A stretch of DNA of 64,000 nt from Eutreptiella sp. 'Long Island Sound 2002' (GCA_964036045.1 OZ038378.1:171492001-171556000); one strand, 5' to 3'; counted from the first letter of the stretch, positions 50,273 to 63,790 are shown. The notes: a model not told the origin generated them from the letters alone. Translations and numbers: made by a program.

Positions 50273-51589
50273 CTAGGAGCTGCTTCCCGTGTGCTCACCC
50301 AGGCACAGCCGAAAGTGGTATTTACATTGAACTTGCCCTCGCAGCCCATGGCACTTTCTTGATGGCCCATTTGATCAAAAACAAAGGGGCAGGACATACA
50401 CTATGCACATTGATGGCGAATGTACAATACATTTATAGCAATGATGGAAACCAACACAATGTCGACAACAATTGACAACAAAAGAGTAACACATGCCCAA
50501 TACATACTTTAACAATTGATACATTGGACAACAATGCAACGCACTGCAACAACAATCTGAACCAATGTGCAACGCCGTGCTTACAAGACACTGCCCATCC
50601 TTCTTGGAACGGTGTTACCTGCATGAAGCCTATGGCTATGGCCACAACAGTTGTGCATATTGCTGGGCAATTGCACCTAAGCACGCTGTCATTTGTTCAT
50701 TCTTTTGGGCTTATGTAGCGGCAGAACACAAAAACAACATTGTAGTCACACTACAGACATAGGAAAACAACGTACGGAGAAATGCGTTACACACATGAAC
50801 CTGCTGGCTAAACAATTCTTGCTATACATAGTACCTGGGCAGGATGCCCATGAACACGGACTGTAAATAAGCGAATACGGAGACACCTGTGCACAAAGGA
50901 AAGGAAGAGAGCATGCACGGCCAGATAGCATAGGTAGCGGAGCACACACTATTGTAGACCGACCATGAACTAGAATATGTAGTATTGCATGTGTGAGTGG
51001 CGCCACCGGTCAGCCCAAATTCCTGGAGCATTGAACCAACGAACTAATGGCTGAAAGTGCCTATGGAGGGGGCACTGAGTCTATGAGAACCAACCACCAA
51101 TCCCTGAAGACCGACCGTCTTGGTGAACAGTGTTGGTGTGTGTGTTTATGGTACACATTGAGTTGTTTTCCTATGTCTTTTTTTTGTTTAGACACCGGGA
51201 CAGTTTGTGCCATCATCCACATGAGTGGGAGGTATCCATGGAACCACCCCCCAAATGGCTAAGACGAAGCACAACCAACACTTCAAGTACAAGACTTTGC
51301 AGCAATGCCTCTGTTGTGTGGAGGTGGGGGACAACCCACAAGCCGTGCAGGGGTTTTGCGGGGGGGATGGTGCGGCAGGCGCAACCCCCCCGCCCCCCAT
51401 GTCATTTGGGTAAGGTACCAGTAAGGTACCACGGGAACGTGGGTCGACGGGTTCGAATCATGGGCGAAAGATGTGGGGCTGTCACTGAACCCGCACCTTC
51501 CCGTACCTGCAGCTGGCCGTAGTACGACTGCGACCACGCACTTGGATTCAAGCGTCATGCCAAGTGTTTTCTCGACTGCGTCAGAAAGC

Positions 51590-53087
51590 GCCAGCACCCC
51601 CACTAGTGGGGCCACCGGACAAAATGCCGCTATGGCGTAAAGTGCTATTCAGAAATTCCAAAGCACACACATAGTACTCGCCGAAACTGGTCCGAAAAGG
51701 GGTCACCAAGCTAGCTGAGGTCATGGAGGGGGGGGGGGGGGCTGAAGGCGTCAATTTCCTTACCCCCGACCTGGTAGACAGTCTACCAGTCTACAATACC
51801 ATTTGTCTCCTCTCTGCCAATCCAGGATCTTCCCATTGCATGGAACAAACATGGGCCAAAAATGTTGACAACAATGCAGCCGCTAGAGGAACCACAAAAA
51901 CGGCAAGAGCCGGAGGTGTGGGAACAATTGGCCAAACTGAAAATGCCGGGGGTTCAAAGAGATTTCGTGCGCAAGGCGTTGTGGAAGAAACTGACAGTGG
52001 GAGCACGGATGCAAAAAGCATATCACCAACCAAGCTGTGACTTGTGTGCCAAAACAGAAACCATTAAACATGTGCTGAGCGGATGCAAATTCTGGTCTGT
52101 GGCTTGTGATATCATCACCAAAGCCTTTGGTCCTGTGTGGGACCGCACAGGGGCAATGTGCCCCATGAATAAGTTGTTGATTGACAACCCCCTCCTCTCC
52201 TTGCAGACAACCTAGGGTTTGGCTCTGTGGGCAGTGGCACGAGCTGGGTGGGTGCTGAGGTGTGAGACAAGATTTAGGGGGGTGAGTCTGGCGCTGAGCG
52301 ACTTTGTCTCTGTGTGGTCCACGATTGTGATAATTTGGGCCTCGGCAGCCCAAACGTCCTTTGTTAGTCAGGAGGCAAGTCATTTATGTGAATGCCTAAC
52401 CCGATTCCAGCAAGGACAGCAGATGTTCCCTCTCGTGCAACCCCGGGGAGCAGTGGTGAGACCCAAGGCCATACATGTGCCGAAAAAACAGAAATGGGCC
52501 CATATTTTGCCGGAAAAGCTGGTCGTCATTTCCGAAAAACTCCAGCTGGGATGGGACGTCGTTTATGTGGATGGATCCAAAAATGAAGAAGGGGGAGTGA
52601 ATTTTGCTGGCTGGGGGTGTGGTTTGGGCCAAACGATGAGCGTAACACAGAGTTACCCCTCACTGTGCATGAAAAACAAACAATCACCAAAGCTGAACTC
52701 ACAGCAGTGCTGCATGTAATCAAGCATAAAACCCCTGGTAAACCACTTCTGATTGTGTCGGATTCTGAACTGGTATGTGTGGGACTGCAGTCCAAGTGTG
52801 AAAAGTGGGCCAGGCACAAGTGGGTGGGGTCACGGGGGCCCCTGGCACACAAAGACTTATGGACGGAACTGTGGGATCGGTGGCAGTTCTTGGCAGACAG
52901 TGTTGAAATCTTATGGGTGCCGTCACATGTGGGGGTAGCAGGAAATGAAGAGGCAGATGTCAGAGCAGCCAAAGGAGCCAAACAGGCCTTACATGATGTG
53001 CAAAAGGCAAAACAGGTGACCGACATTTGGGAAGAGCTGGGGTTGGAAGAAATGCCTAGCTCTTGGGATACAGACTCCAACCGCTAG
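51590..53087 (+). mobile_element. Non-LTR retrotransposon 3' part with zf-RVT-like CCHC finger and C-terminal RNase H, decayed
   Basis: Seen: CDLCAKTETIKHVLSGC, then VVYVDGS, AELTAVLHVI, LLIVSDSELV and WVPSHVGVAGNEEADVRA, giving a complete D-E-D-D RNase H set. In-frame TAG at ~52213 and a frameshift at ~52615. Confidence 0.85.
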
Positions 53088-54916
53088 GGGGGTCAGGTGT
53101 GTCCAGCGATTGCTCTGAAGATTATCCTGATGTCTGGCCCAAACAACCGAGGCTGCGGTGAGAACCAGCCTATGAAACATTCGATAGCCCCGAGGGGCGA
53201 ACTCAAGGCAACATTCAGCACTGGTTCGAGCTGTGACCTATGGCCTGTGACACGGGGGTCATATGGTAGCTGAGTATCCGTTGCTTCATTCCCACCATGT
53301 CATTTGGGGAACACCTGACACTGCATGCACCCCCATAATAAACCCCATAGTAAACCCCAGAGCCTGAGTGTTGGAGAGTCTGGGTTGTGTTTGCTTGCGG
53401 TACCAATGGTCTGAGTAGAAATGTGGATGTGGTTATTATCACGCAGAACTTAGACCATCACACTTACACCATTACGACCCCTGACCATTCACTGAAAAGC
53501 TCACGTAATCTCTGGGGATGGGGTGAGGGTTTTTCCTGGGGTTCTGGGCAGAGCAGCCAACCAAAAACCTCGGACAGTACCTCAAGGACCACATCTCAAT
53601 TGCTGTGAAACCAGAACAGAGGGACCAGGGCCAAGCAGTAGCATCATGGGGCCTGCATATCTCTCTGGGACATCCGGTTGGTGCCAACACGGAGCAAACT
53701 CGCAATTTTTCAGGGTTTTCTCACGTTTTGGTCCAATGCACTAAAATTTCGTTCCGTAAGGGGGGTATGTGTATGCTTTTTGAAATCTGTGAGAAAAGGC
53801 TGTTTCAGAAATGTATGGGTTTGGGGGGGGTAGGTGGTCACAGTTTTGCACAAAGAGCTGTAAACGGACGGACACACAGGGCACAGGCAATGCTCTGAGG
53901 ATCACTCATTATTCTGAATCCGATTCGTTGTCATCGTTGCGCCTTTCCACAGGAGCCGGGACTCCATTGGGGCACACATCCCCCTGCTTGTGACTAGGAA
54001 CATACTTCTTCAATTTCTCCCAGTCCTGCAGCCTGCGTGCCTTGACTGGCACCCACCCTGTGTTCAGGGGCATGGCCCAGAGGCCATCAGTTGTGAGGTC
54101 AACATTTCGCAGGTTGCTGCGAACCGGCTGTACGAGGCCTTTTGGCCTTCCTGCCAGGCTCGTCCCGACTCACCTACACCCACTTTACACCCCCAGAGCG
54201 TGCTCTTTTGCGTACCAAAGGCTTTTGTGGTGCATCGGGCGAAGCAACAGTACGTTGCGTGAATTTGTATGCAGACATGGTACCTGCCTGTTGACAAAAA
54301 GACGCAGCAGGCAACACAGGCACCGTCCAAAACGGACAAAGATCTCAAACATGTCGTCAGTACAGCATGCAGACCCAGGGTGTTCCAAATAGCCCTTTTC
54401 AAGGGCTTTCCGAATATACCCCACATACCCTACCTATGGGACACTCAGTGAGCACAAATCAGGCAACAATGGCACCGACCCCTGAAAACGCTCCGTGTTG
54501 GCACCTTCCCCACCGTCCCAGAGAGATGTGCCAGGGATGGACTGATTGGGATTTTTTCTTTTTTGATGAGACAGGGCACTCATAGTTCTGGCCTCGGTCC
54601 TGCACTGCGGTGCAAAGTGCCATGGGTCATAAGCACAAATGCTTTTGGAAGAGACATGAGGTCAATCTTGATCCCGGGTATGCAACCGGGCATCAGCTCA
54701 AGACAGGGCCCCCTTGTGGTCCTGGTGTTTGTAGGTTGTTTGTTGTTTGTAGGTTGTTTGGTGTAAGGTGTCGGCTGAGAAACCCGGATTGTGAAGGGTG
54801 ACATGCCATTTCAGCCCCCATCCCTCCTAGGCATGCAGACCAACCACGGCCCCCTGGACTGCACATTTCTGTCACTGACCCCCAACAACTTTTGCGCAGC
54901 GAGGCTTGTGCACATC

Positions 54917-56179
54917 ATGGCACGATGGGACTGGTCGAACCCGATGATGCGCCCTCATCACAAGGAAGAAATCAAGCGTCTGATTAAGGGAGAGCCCTTG
55001 CCTAAGAGCAAATTGGGGCTCACTCTTGCCGTATGGTTTACGGGCGTGGCTGGTGTTACTTGCTTGTGGTGGGACCATAAGTGCAAACTGCTCCCCCTTG
55101 GCGAAATCAAGGGCACCTGCAGTCTCGACCAGCTGAAGATGGGTGACATGTTGGTGTTCCAGTCGCCCAACGGAATAGGGGACTGTCATCAGCGCGACGA
55201 GCACTGGGCAGTGTATATGGGCACAGGAGATGAGATTGCGCAGCTTGCTGGCAAGGTACCTTGCTTTCGAAGTCCCTGCTTGGATAGTTTCTGGAGAGCC
55301 TTTCTTGCTGTTTTATTTTCTTCTTCCTTGCAAGGGGGTGACCCCTGCCTGGTGGTTGGCATTTGGCAGCCTACTACCGATTATTGCCAACTGCCAGCAA
55401 TTAGTGGCCAAATGTCCACAGCGATGCTCACAACTGCTGTTCGTTACTTGGACAGCTGTCCAAAAAAAAAAGATTTGCATAACCGCAATCTCAAAGCTGC
55501 ATTCACGTATCACATGGACACTGGTGGGGTTCGCTTCACGTTACTGAGACAAGGTGCATTTTGACATTCAATTAAGGCAGCGTTAATTAAGGCAGTGCAA
55601 CGACAACAACATTGAGTTGTAGATAATGATGAATTGCCATTTTTTTTTATGTGCTTACAAAACAAACTTCAAACAGGTGCACGGCGTTGTGCAAGCCTGT
55701 CACTGCGTGTTACTGCAGGGTCACACCACAGGCTTGGCACTCAAAGTCAGGATGTGCCTGCCCTGCAGGCAAGCAATAGCATAGTCATCCCACGTGTCAG
55801 AAGTGGGGGAGGGGGTTGGTCTGGTTTCACGGTTTGCGTGCCTACATAAACGGTATTTAACCAAACGCGAGGCAAAGTCTTGTGCTTCACCTGATTTCAA
55901 TAGGGTGTACGGCTGCCAAAATTGTCGCCCACAGAGCGGTACGTGGGGCACCGGTATATACCTTCTGGGTGGAGTGGAACAGCCAAGATCCGCCTCGATC
56001 GCTTGGACAGTCTGCGCTGCGTTCCCGGCTGTCGCACCTTCAGATCATACCTGCGCTGCTTCAAACCTGTGGGCACTCCCCAGAACATTGCTACTCGGGT
56101 GCTGGGTCGCCTAGGGGACACTGACCATGACCTTGCCACCAAGAACTGCGAGCATTTTGCTTCCTGGAGCAGGTATTGA
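54917..56179 (+). CDS. LRAT/PLAAT (H-REV107-like, permuted NlpC/P60) family gene; exons ~54917-55255 and ~55955-56179
   Basis: Seen: LKMGDMLVF...EHWAVYMGTG (His at 55202) and DLATKNCEHFASWSRY (NCEHF at 56144). GT donor at 55256. Middle exon(s) not resolved, and it may be a pseudogene. Confidence 0.7.
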
Positions 56180-57880
56180 GCGTTGCCGTCGGTGGTCAGT
56201 GCAGGTGCAGGAAGGAGCAAACAGGACACATTTCCTGGAGATTCTGCAAAGATGGACAGCCCCCTTCTGGCCCGCAAAACCCTTGCCCAGCAATGCAGCG
56301 ATATCCGTATGCTTGGTTTACATCGCTTTGCCCGTTCACCACCGTCCAGGGATCAAGCACAGCCTTATGTCAGGGCACCTTAAGAAAAAGGTGTACTGAT
56401 GTCCGATGTCCCAGCAAAAAAAAAAACAAAAACCTTTTTGCCTAGCTTTAGTGACAGTGAAACACCTACAAGTGGGCCACTTAAATTTTTTCAAACACTT
56501 TTTTTTGGTACTCAGGTTACATCTTTTCACCGCTACGTTTTTGCGGTGTCCTAAAAGTGCCTGTGAATCTTGGGCAAGCGCACCAGGGTTGTGTGCCCCT
56601 TTCTCCAGGCTTCGTTTTTTGTTGGTTTTGAGGACATGGACACTGAACACACTGCGACGGGACCTCAGAAAACGAATCATGGAACAAAAAAGCGAGGTAG
56701 CGCTTTCAATGCTGTGAAGAGTGAAGAGATGTTGGACAGTGTACAACATCTATTCATAGGATTGGGGGTTCCAAAGCCCTTTTCGAAAATCAGTAAAGGC
56801 AAAAAGGCTGCAGCTTTTGGTCATGGCAAGCAATGGCCTCTCCCCAACGGGATGTGAACATGCTGTATTGGCATGTATGTTCACATGTATGCTGTCAAGG
56901 CCAGGGGTGTTGGAAATGTTTCCAACCATAGATTTCCTGTAATACAATTGGCATTGTGTGGGTTCTAGCGCAGGGACGCTGTGCTTGTGGAGCCTGCACA
57001 AAGGTGACACCACGGGGGGGCGGCCGGGGCCGGTCCTTGTATGCGACACCCCCCAGCCCCCCCCCCCCCCCAAGGTGGTTTTGAGAGATAGCGGTGTTGG
57101 GGCCATTGCGCCAACGGCGTTGAAGTTTTTTTGTGCATGCTTCCCTTTCATCAAACCATCCATGTTTTGAGCGCCAGATTAGCAAGACAAGGTGCTAAAC
57201 AAATGTCATTTGTTGCGAAGTGAAGATCACCACAACCACTGTGGACATACCTGTGAATTTGCAGCCCCTACTTCACAACAGCCACCAGCAGCTTCCCCAA
57301 ACCCGCCCTAGACACACATCCCCCCTAGAGGTATGCATGTGGTTGTTGTGGGTTGTGTGTAGGCCCCCCACCTTGGGAATCCCCCCCCCCCCACCACACC
57401 CTCTAGCCGCCCCCCCCCCCAAACCCTCCAGCCAACCCCCCCCCCCCCCCACACCTCCACCCCCCAAACCCTCCAGCCGACCCCCCCCCCCCCCCCAAGT
57501 TTTGATCCCCAAGTTTTGACGGATAGCTGGGGGAGGGGTGTCGCATCAGGACCGGTTGTAGTCCCCCCCCCCCCCATGGGTGACACAGACTTTGCAAGTA
57601 GGGATGAAAAAAATGGTTGACTTGATTCCGTTGGTTGGGGGGTTGCAGAGGGGGGTGGGGAGCAACCCAACAGCGCAATGAAGAAAAAAGACTATGTTGC
57701 CACTGTTTCCCCCCCCAGTTCCCCCCATTTTCCGCATTTTTTGTCCCCACGTTGTCGTTTGAAAATGGATATTTTGATGCTTCTTTTGCATTGGGGATAT
57801 GGTATATTTGTATTTTCACTCTTTTTCACACATTTTTTGCTCATTTCCACCACATCCATTCCTTTTTAGGTTGATATTTA

Positions 57881-58072
57881 TCTATCCCCACTATGGGGAC
57901 CCCGAGAAGGCAGGGGTGATGTAGCCATATTGATCTTTCCCCACTATGGGGACCCCGAGAAGGCAGGGGTGATGTAGCCATATTGATCTATCCCCACTAT
58001 GGGGACCCCGAGAAGGCAGGGGTGATGTAGCCATATTGATCTATCCCCACTATGGGGACCCCGAGAAGGCAG
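57881..58072. repeat. 53-bp tandem repeat, ~3.6 copies; two more copies at 34161-34261
   Basis: Seen: TCTWTCCCCACTATGGGGACCCCGAGAAGGCAGGGGTGATGTAGCCATATTGA at 57881, 57934, 57987 and 58040. Confidence 0.95.
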
Positions 58073-59290
58073 GTATTGCGCTGAGTGTATTGACCCTCAC
58101 ACTTGTGGGGATGAAGTTGTGCATGTTGCACCGTAATTTTGCACTGTTTCTTTACATCTGTGACCTTTCCATGTTACAATACACCCCACATTATTTCCTT
58201 GGAACACAGTCCTCGGCAAGCATTACGGTTGTGGAATAACGATGCATAAAAGGTTCCTTGTTCACTTGCAGTTGTGCTTTGTGGTGTCATTCGTGCTCTG
58301 TATCTGTTGCTTCATGGCCCCTTGTCCTCACACAGGCTTGTCCAAACAGGGCAACCCCGTGTTTCTGCAATTTTGGATCTATTCTTGGAACCATTGTTTT
58401 GACGGTCCCAATCCAATAGAGAATGTAGTTTGTAGCTTTTGTGCAGACTGCAGGAAGGGTCGCTCTTGTGTTCTGGGGTGTATGCTGGCCTGTTGCTTTG
58501 TATTGTCATATTTTGAGGGTTTGGGTTGGCTAATGTGCGCAACATGTATTTTGTGGTACGTGCCGCGCGGTAACACTGGCTTGTCCAAACACAACAGCCC
58601 CCTGTTTCCGCACTTTGCCTCCTGAACCAGAACCTGGCCCATGTTATGACAAGTTGGGGGGTATGTCCCCATGTATGTCTACCGTTGGTGTTTCAGTCCC
58701 TCAGTAGTGGATGTTTGAGCTCGTGTTAACATTCCTTTGGAGGGGCTAAGGCTCAATTTTTCGACCCCTACTGACTAAAGTAGTGCCAAAACCCCTGTTT
58801 AATGAAGCCATTCGCCAGGCGCTGCTGGGCTTGGAGTTGACATTCTTGTGCCCGAATTTCACCGTTTTGGATTGATCTAGTTTAGTGGTCCTGTCAACCA
58901 CCGAGCACATTTGCGAATGTTGTCGTGTGATTTGGGACTTAATTTAATTCGGTGCCAAATGTAGTGCAGCCACCACATGAGACATGGGTTTGGTGACAAA
59001 TTTGCCAGTTACATGGAGTCATGGACACATTTTTTGTAAGCGTTTGCCCACTTGAACCCACATAGGTCTGATTTTGGGGATATTTGTGCATTATATCCCC
59101 CTTTCTTCCTCCAGCCCGTGTGTTTCGGTAGTTGTATGTGGTATGCGTAAGCTACGGCCTTGTCTTAGCTACAGTAGGCGCTGGGACCGTATTAATTTGG
59201 GACTTTTCTGCTGCTTAGACGGGGGGGGGGATCACCTCTACTCCCAACTCTTTCCGTTTCCATCATCGAATTGCTATCTCTTTTAACCAG

Positions 59291-59540
59291 GTACGGCCGT
59301 CCCTGGTCCAACTCCGTGTGCGACCCCCCGCTCGAACACCTTCTGCCGAGGGCGCTTTTCCAAGCCACGTTCTTTGGAGTCATTCCGCCAGCCTTCACCG
59401 GCCTCGGTGGCCCCGTGATAGTTATGTTTGCGACGATGGGGTGGGTCAGTGCCTGCATTATGCCATTCCAGAAGAGAAGTGAGGTGCAGACGCTGGAGCA
59501 GTATGAGCTGCCAGGTCCATCGGACGGCGCTGTGCAGTGA
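59291..59540 (+). CDS. Probable terminal exon of a membrane protein, family not recognised
   Basis: Seen: TTTTTAACCAG acceptor, then YGRPWSNSVCDPPLEHLLPRALFQATFFGVIPPAFTGLGGPVIVMFATMGWVSACIMPF...* with hydrophobic segments. Confidence 0.5.
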
Positions 59541-60329
59541 CAGAATGCAAGCAGCGTACCTTGATGCAGTGCCCCCTCACATTATCCAGTGTCCCCCTCA
59601 CAAAGATGTGTTGTGATTTCCTCAGGCAATGCTGCCAGCATTCAGACACTCAGATTGACAGTCCGCATGGCACGCCACATATCGAGTGCTAATGATCCAG
59701 TCACGAAATGATGCGGCATACCAGTAACCGACATGGCATTGCTCTCACCTAGCCCCCTGCACCTCCTTGCGCCAGTACGGCCTTGTCCAAGCATGGTGAC
59801 CACCTCTGACCGCAACTTTCATCCCAGAGTGTAAGATGACATGTGAGCCCGTTGTAGTGGAAAAGAGGTGCTGGATCATGTATGCAACAGTTCTTTCTGC
59901 CAACAACATTCTGCCTCAGAGTGCAGCCCAGTTCTGCACAGTGGAGTGGAGGTGGATTGGAGTGGATTGGAGAAGGCGGCAGGTCTACATTCAGCTTGGG
60001 ACATTGGGGTGTGTGCTTCTTCTTCTGTCGGAGGAAACACCATCTTTCGTTCTTGGACATGCATGGCCTGTTCAGCACGATAAGGACTGCCAAGCTCTCC
60101 TTTGTATGTAAACAACAGGCTTCGGCCTGTTCGACGCAGAATCATCACACTAACCCTTTGCGCTGTTCCCGAGCCCAACAACCAACTGCACCTCTGGCTC
60201 TGGCTGCCAACGCTTCCAATGCACTTCCAATGCACTTCGTCCAGCTGAATGCAGGAAATGGGCTTGCTCCTCTTGAGCCGAGTCACTAGGCTACAGGATC
60301 CAGGTGCCCGGCCACATGTAGACCATTGC

Positions 60330-60700
60330 CTCTATCTAATTAAGGCTTTTTGAGGTCATGCTGCGGCCGTCCGGTACTCCCGAAGTCAGGCACGACAACA
60401 TAAGGGGCTCTATGACAACCGCGCCAGTGTCTGAATTCAGCTTCTCCATCAAATTCCCGGTCTTCAATGCAATCTTTGCACACCAGTGAATTTTAAGTTC
60501 GCCATGAATTCACAGGCAATCACAACCGTGTATCAGACCTCTGCGGTCCATTGTTGCCCATGACGATAGTTGGTGCTGGCAGTCAGACCTCATCCCGTTG
60601 AACTCCGACCCACCAAACAACATAGTGTAGCGCACCGGCACCTGATTTCCATCTGGTCCAGGACATTATTCCGAGTCTAACCTCTGGATGCCGAGTAAGT
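60330..60700 (-). mobile_element. Highly decayed LINE RT fragment, domains 0-3
   Basis: Seen: CPGPDG at 60665-60648, with GRSM-like and DLKK-like remnants in broken frames downstream. Confidence 0.4.
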
Positions 60701-61945
60701 AGCCTGTGGCCAGGGCAAAGGCAATTTTTGCTTTTGCTGTTGACCTCATGAACTGTATCTTTGACCTCTGAGTTGGCACGCCTTGCAGCACTGACACGTA
60801 TCCCAGGTCCATCATCAAGTTGCAAGGAACAAGGGTCGCTGGCCAAGGGACGATCACACCGACGCCTTAAGCTGTGAGCCGGACCAAGGCCTGAAGGGCC
60901 CCGTAATTCCGCAATCCTATTTACATTGACAACGCACTGTACAACACCTACAACGCTGGATACCACATCAGTCCTTCACACGAGTCTACCCTTGGTAACG
61001 TGTATTCACATCATAGGCTGTCCAAACTGAGAGCTGGCTTGTATACCTTGAAACAAAAAGGTACACGTATGGATCCCTCGTGCCATGATGCCAATGATGT
61101 CATGTCAGTGATGTGCTGTACAAGAAAGTCTTCTCTCTGTGGAGTGACAACATGTGTTTCTACACACAGCATGCACGGTCGGCAGGCAGGCACTGTGCAT
61201 ACATCCCAGGGAAGATATTGTTGGACAACAGAAGCTTCGAAAAAGAACAGCAAAGAAATTAAAAAAAGACAATGAAAAAACTGTTACACATCTTTAGGCT
61301 TGTGTCGGATCTTATTTTGGAGCCACATGCCGTATGCAAAATCGGTGGCCCATGAAGCATAAAACCCATGCAACCATCGGAATCGGGAACGTTTGAACAC
61401 GTGGTTGGAAGGGACAGCTATCATCTTTTAAGAGTGGCGGTAGAACCGAGATTGGCCTCAAGTTGCGCGACATATCAACATAAAGTTCTGATGGCGGTAC
61501 GAAAACTGCCACCATAGTGATTGTTTTCACGGTTAATGAGTCATTTGGTTGGATTGTACGACCAAAACGGAGCATATAGGTGATGCTAGTTTCTCTTGCA
61601 GACAGTGGCGATGTAACGAAATCGATGCTGAATTTTGAGTGTGCTACATGAAATGATTTGCAAAATCGATCTCAAAAAGCATTGGATGGGTCTCTCTTAA
61701 CCAAAATGGAAGAGCGTTTCAGAGACGCGTACGATAGCAGCAACGCTGAGATTGACCAAGATGGGATGCGTAGTATGGTATTGGTCCCGATCACTGCTTT
61801 GGTTGTCAACTTCAGGTGCCAAGCCATGTTGCTCTTTCATCTGCTGTCGTCTCCTCACAAAGTGGCACCGTCCATCCCTAAGCAGCGCAATAGCATGAGG
61901 GATCATGCTTGTGCAGAGCCCTCTTCTGTTTTTGTTTTTGTAAAG

Positions 61946-62185
61946 ACATGGAAGCAAATGAACGTTTCGCGAAGTATTGTGCAGACCACAACATCAACAC
62001 TGAAGAATACAATGCCCCAGTACCACGATTCATTCGAGTCAACCCCCGCAATGGCATTTCCGAGGCTGAGCTGAGAACCTGTTTCGGGAGTTCTCTTCGA
62101 CCAGTTGCATGGTGTGCTCCATCCATTGTGCCTGTGGCTTGTGACCTCTCTTGTCAACTGCAAAGAGGCCTGGTGTTATGGGGGA
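61946..62185 (+). pseudogene. N-terminal exon of a NOL1/NOP2/Sun (NSUN)-like RNA m5C methyltransferase, frameshifted
   Basis: Seen: MEANERFAKYCADHNINTEEYNAPVPRFIRVNPRNGISEAELRTCFGSSLRPVAWC, resembling the PRYIRLxP...L..V.W N-terminus of eukaryotic NSUN-like proteins. No catalytic motifs were found in the window. Confidence 0.45.
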
Positions 62186-62899
62186 ACGCTGTCCAGTCCC
62201 CCCCCCCCCCCCCCTCCCCCCCCTGAGTCAGATGGATTGCGGGCAGCCTCCACCACTGGAACATGCAACAGCAGGTACGCCTCATGGGGAAGGTGCTACT
62301 GCCTAAACAAGGGCTGACCACAAACAGGAAATGCAACAGCAAGAAATGCACAAATTGAAAACTTGGCAAAACAAGCAACGGGAGAATCCGCCCCCTGTAG
62401 TGCCAGCCCCTGAGGAAGTACTGGTTGGTGTTGATGGGCCGAGCGTGTATGACAATGGCCGCAGAGGAGGGAGTAGGAGACCTGAACTGAACCAATAACC
62501 CCAGGATAGGAAACCTTTGCAGGGCCCAGAAACGCCCAAAAGCGGAACGTTCCCTGAACACCATTTAGAAAATTGGGGGGAAATGGAAAAATGGGGGAAA
62601 TGCGGGGAAACTGATTTTTTTTTTGTGAATTCTTGTTGGGAACATGGGAAAATCGCAGGCCAAAACCCCCAAAATACATGGTTTGGGAGTGGAGTGGGGG
62701 GGGGGGGGGGAGAAGTGGTGTCCTGTGCAGCAATGTTTCCTCAGGCAGGATGCCAAACAAGTCCAGATGACATCACATTTCACCAAAAGGGGGTATGCGG
62801 GTCGGACCGACTTACACATGAAGCAAATTACCGAAGGTCAAAATTAGCCAACAGAGCCCATTTTTTGGTCAATGTTTTTTGGGTGATTTTTCGGTATTG

Positions 62900-63790
62900 T
62901 AAGGGGACGTCACCTTTCCCCGCCACAATGCAGCACAATGCAACGGAAAACTGATGTGAGTTGCACCATTCATAAGAGAGACGTGTTCGTGCCGTCAAAG
63001 AACCACACTCACAAGGATGCTGGGTCTCTTTAGGATGAAGCTTCTTGAGAATGTCAAACATGGGTTCAATGGAGGGCACATCTCCCCATAGGGCTCGCGG
63101 AATCCCATGAGCGGACAATGGAGTCCACCGGCAGGTCCTTAATGGCCCCTGCCAATAAAGCATATTTACACTTTCGGGGTGCAGGCAAGTGAGAAACGAA
63201 CATTTTGGCATAAGCCATGTCGTTGGAATTGCACGCAAATATATCCTCAACCCATGCATCTCAACCTCGGCAAACATGTGTTTTAACTGTGGTGATAATA
63301 AACTGATCCACAGGTTGGTAAGCAGGAGTAGCCTTCTCAAGGATCTTACATGCACGGATCCTGTGGTGTTTAAGAGGCTCATCCCCTGAGTGTTGTGGCG
63401 CCTCATCCGCTATCAACAAAGCCTCCTCTTCGGTCTCTAGTCTTCGATGAACCACTATCACGTGATTCCCCAAGTGCTTGTAAAAAAATAAGATTGCCTG
63501 CAGCATTCGTGACAACTATTTAGGTAAACCCAAGTTTCCTTTTTCTGTTTGGGACTTGTCTTTTCAGCGTCCTTGGATGTCATGTCCATCGGTGATTTGG
63601 CGCCAACAACACCAGAAATTCGTCCAAATTAAACACCAATTCTTTGCATGGCACACTGCTGCATAAGGTGGCCAGTCCACAGAATGTAGGTGATAGCGGC
63701 CCCACTCTGCCCCCATGACAAAGACGTGTCCGACTCACAACACCACGGGCAACAGAGGCAACACTATTTGCTTTTTGCAATCAGTGACTC
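62900..63790 (-). mobile_element. Highly decayed LINE RT fragment, domains 4-7 and thumb
   Basis: Seen: GRVGPLSPTF (QGDPLSP-like), FNLDEFLVLL (YADD-like) and FYKHLGNHV (KYLG-like), in the expected order across broken frames. Confidence 0.4.

Noticed and set aside
20265-56179. TGA reassignment or readthrough suggested by in-frame TGA at 20265, ~31620, 37208 and 56177
   Set aside because: In-frame TAG codons and frameshifts occur in the same kinds of sequence, and EF-Ts ends in TGA. Ordinary decay explains the pattern.
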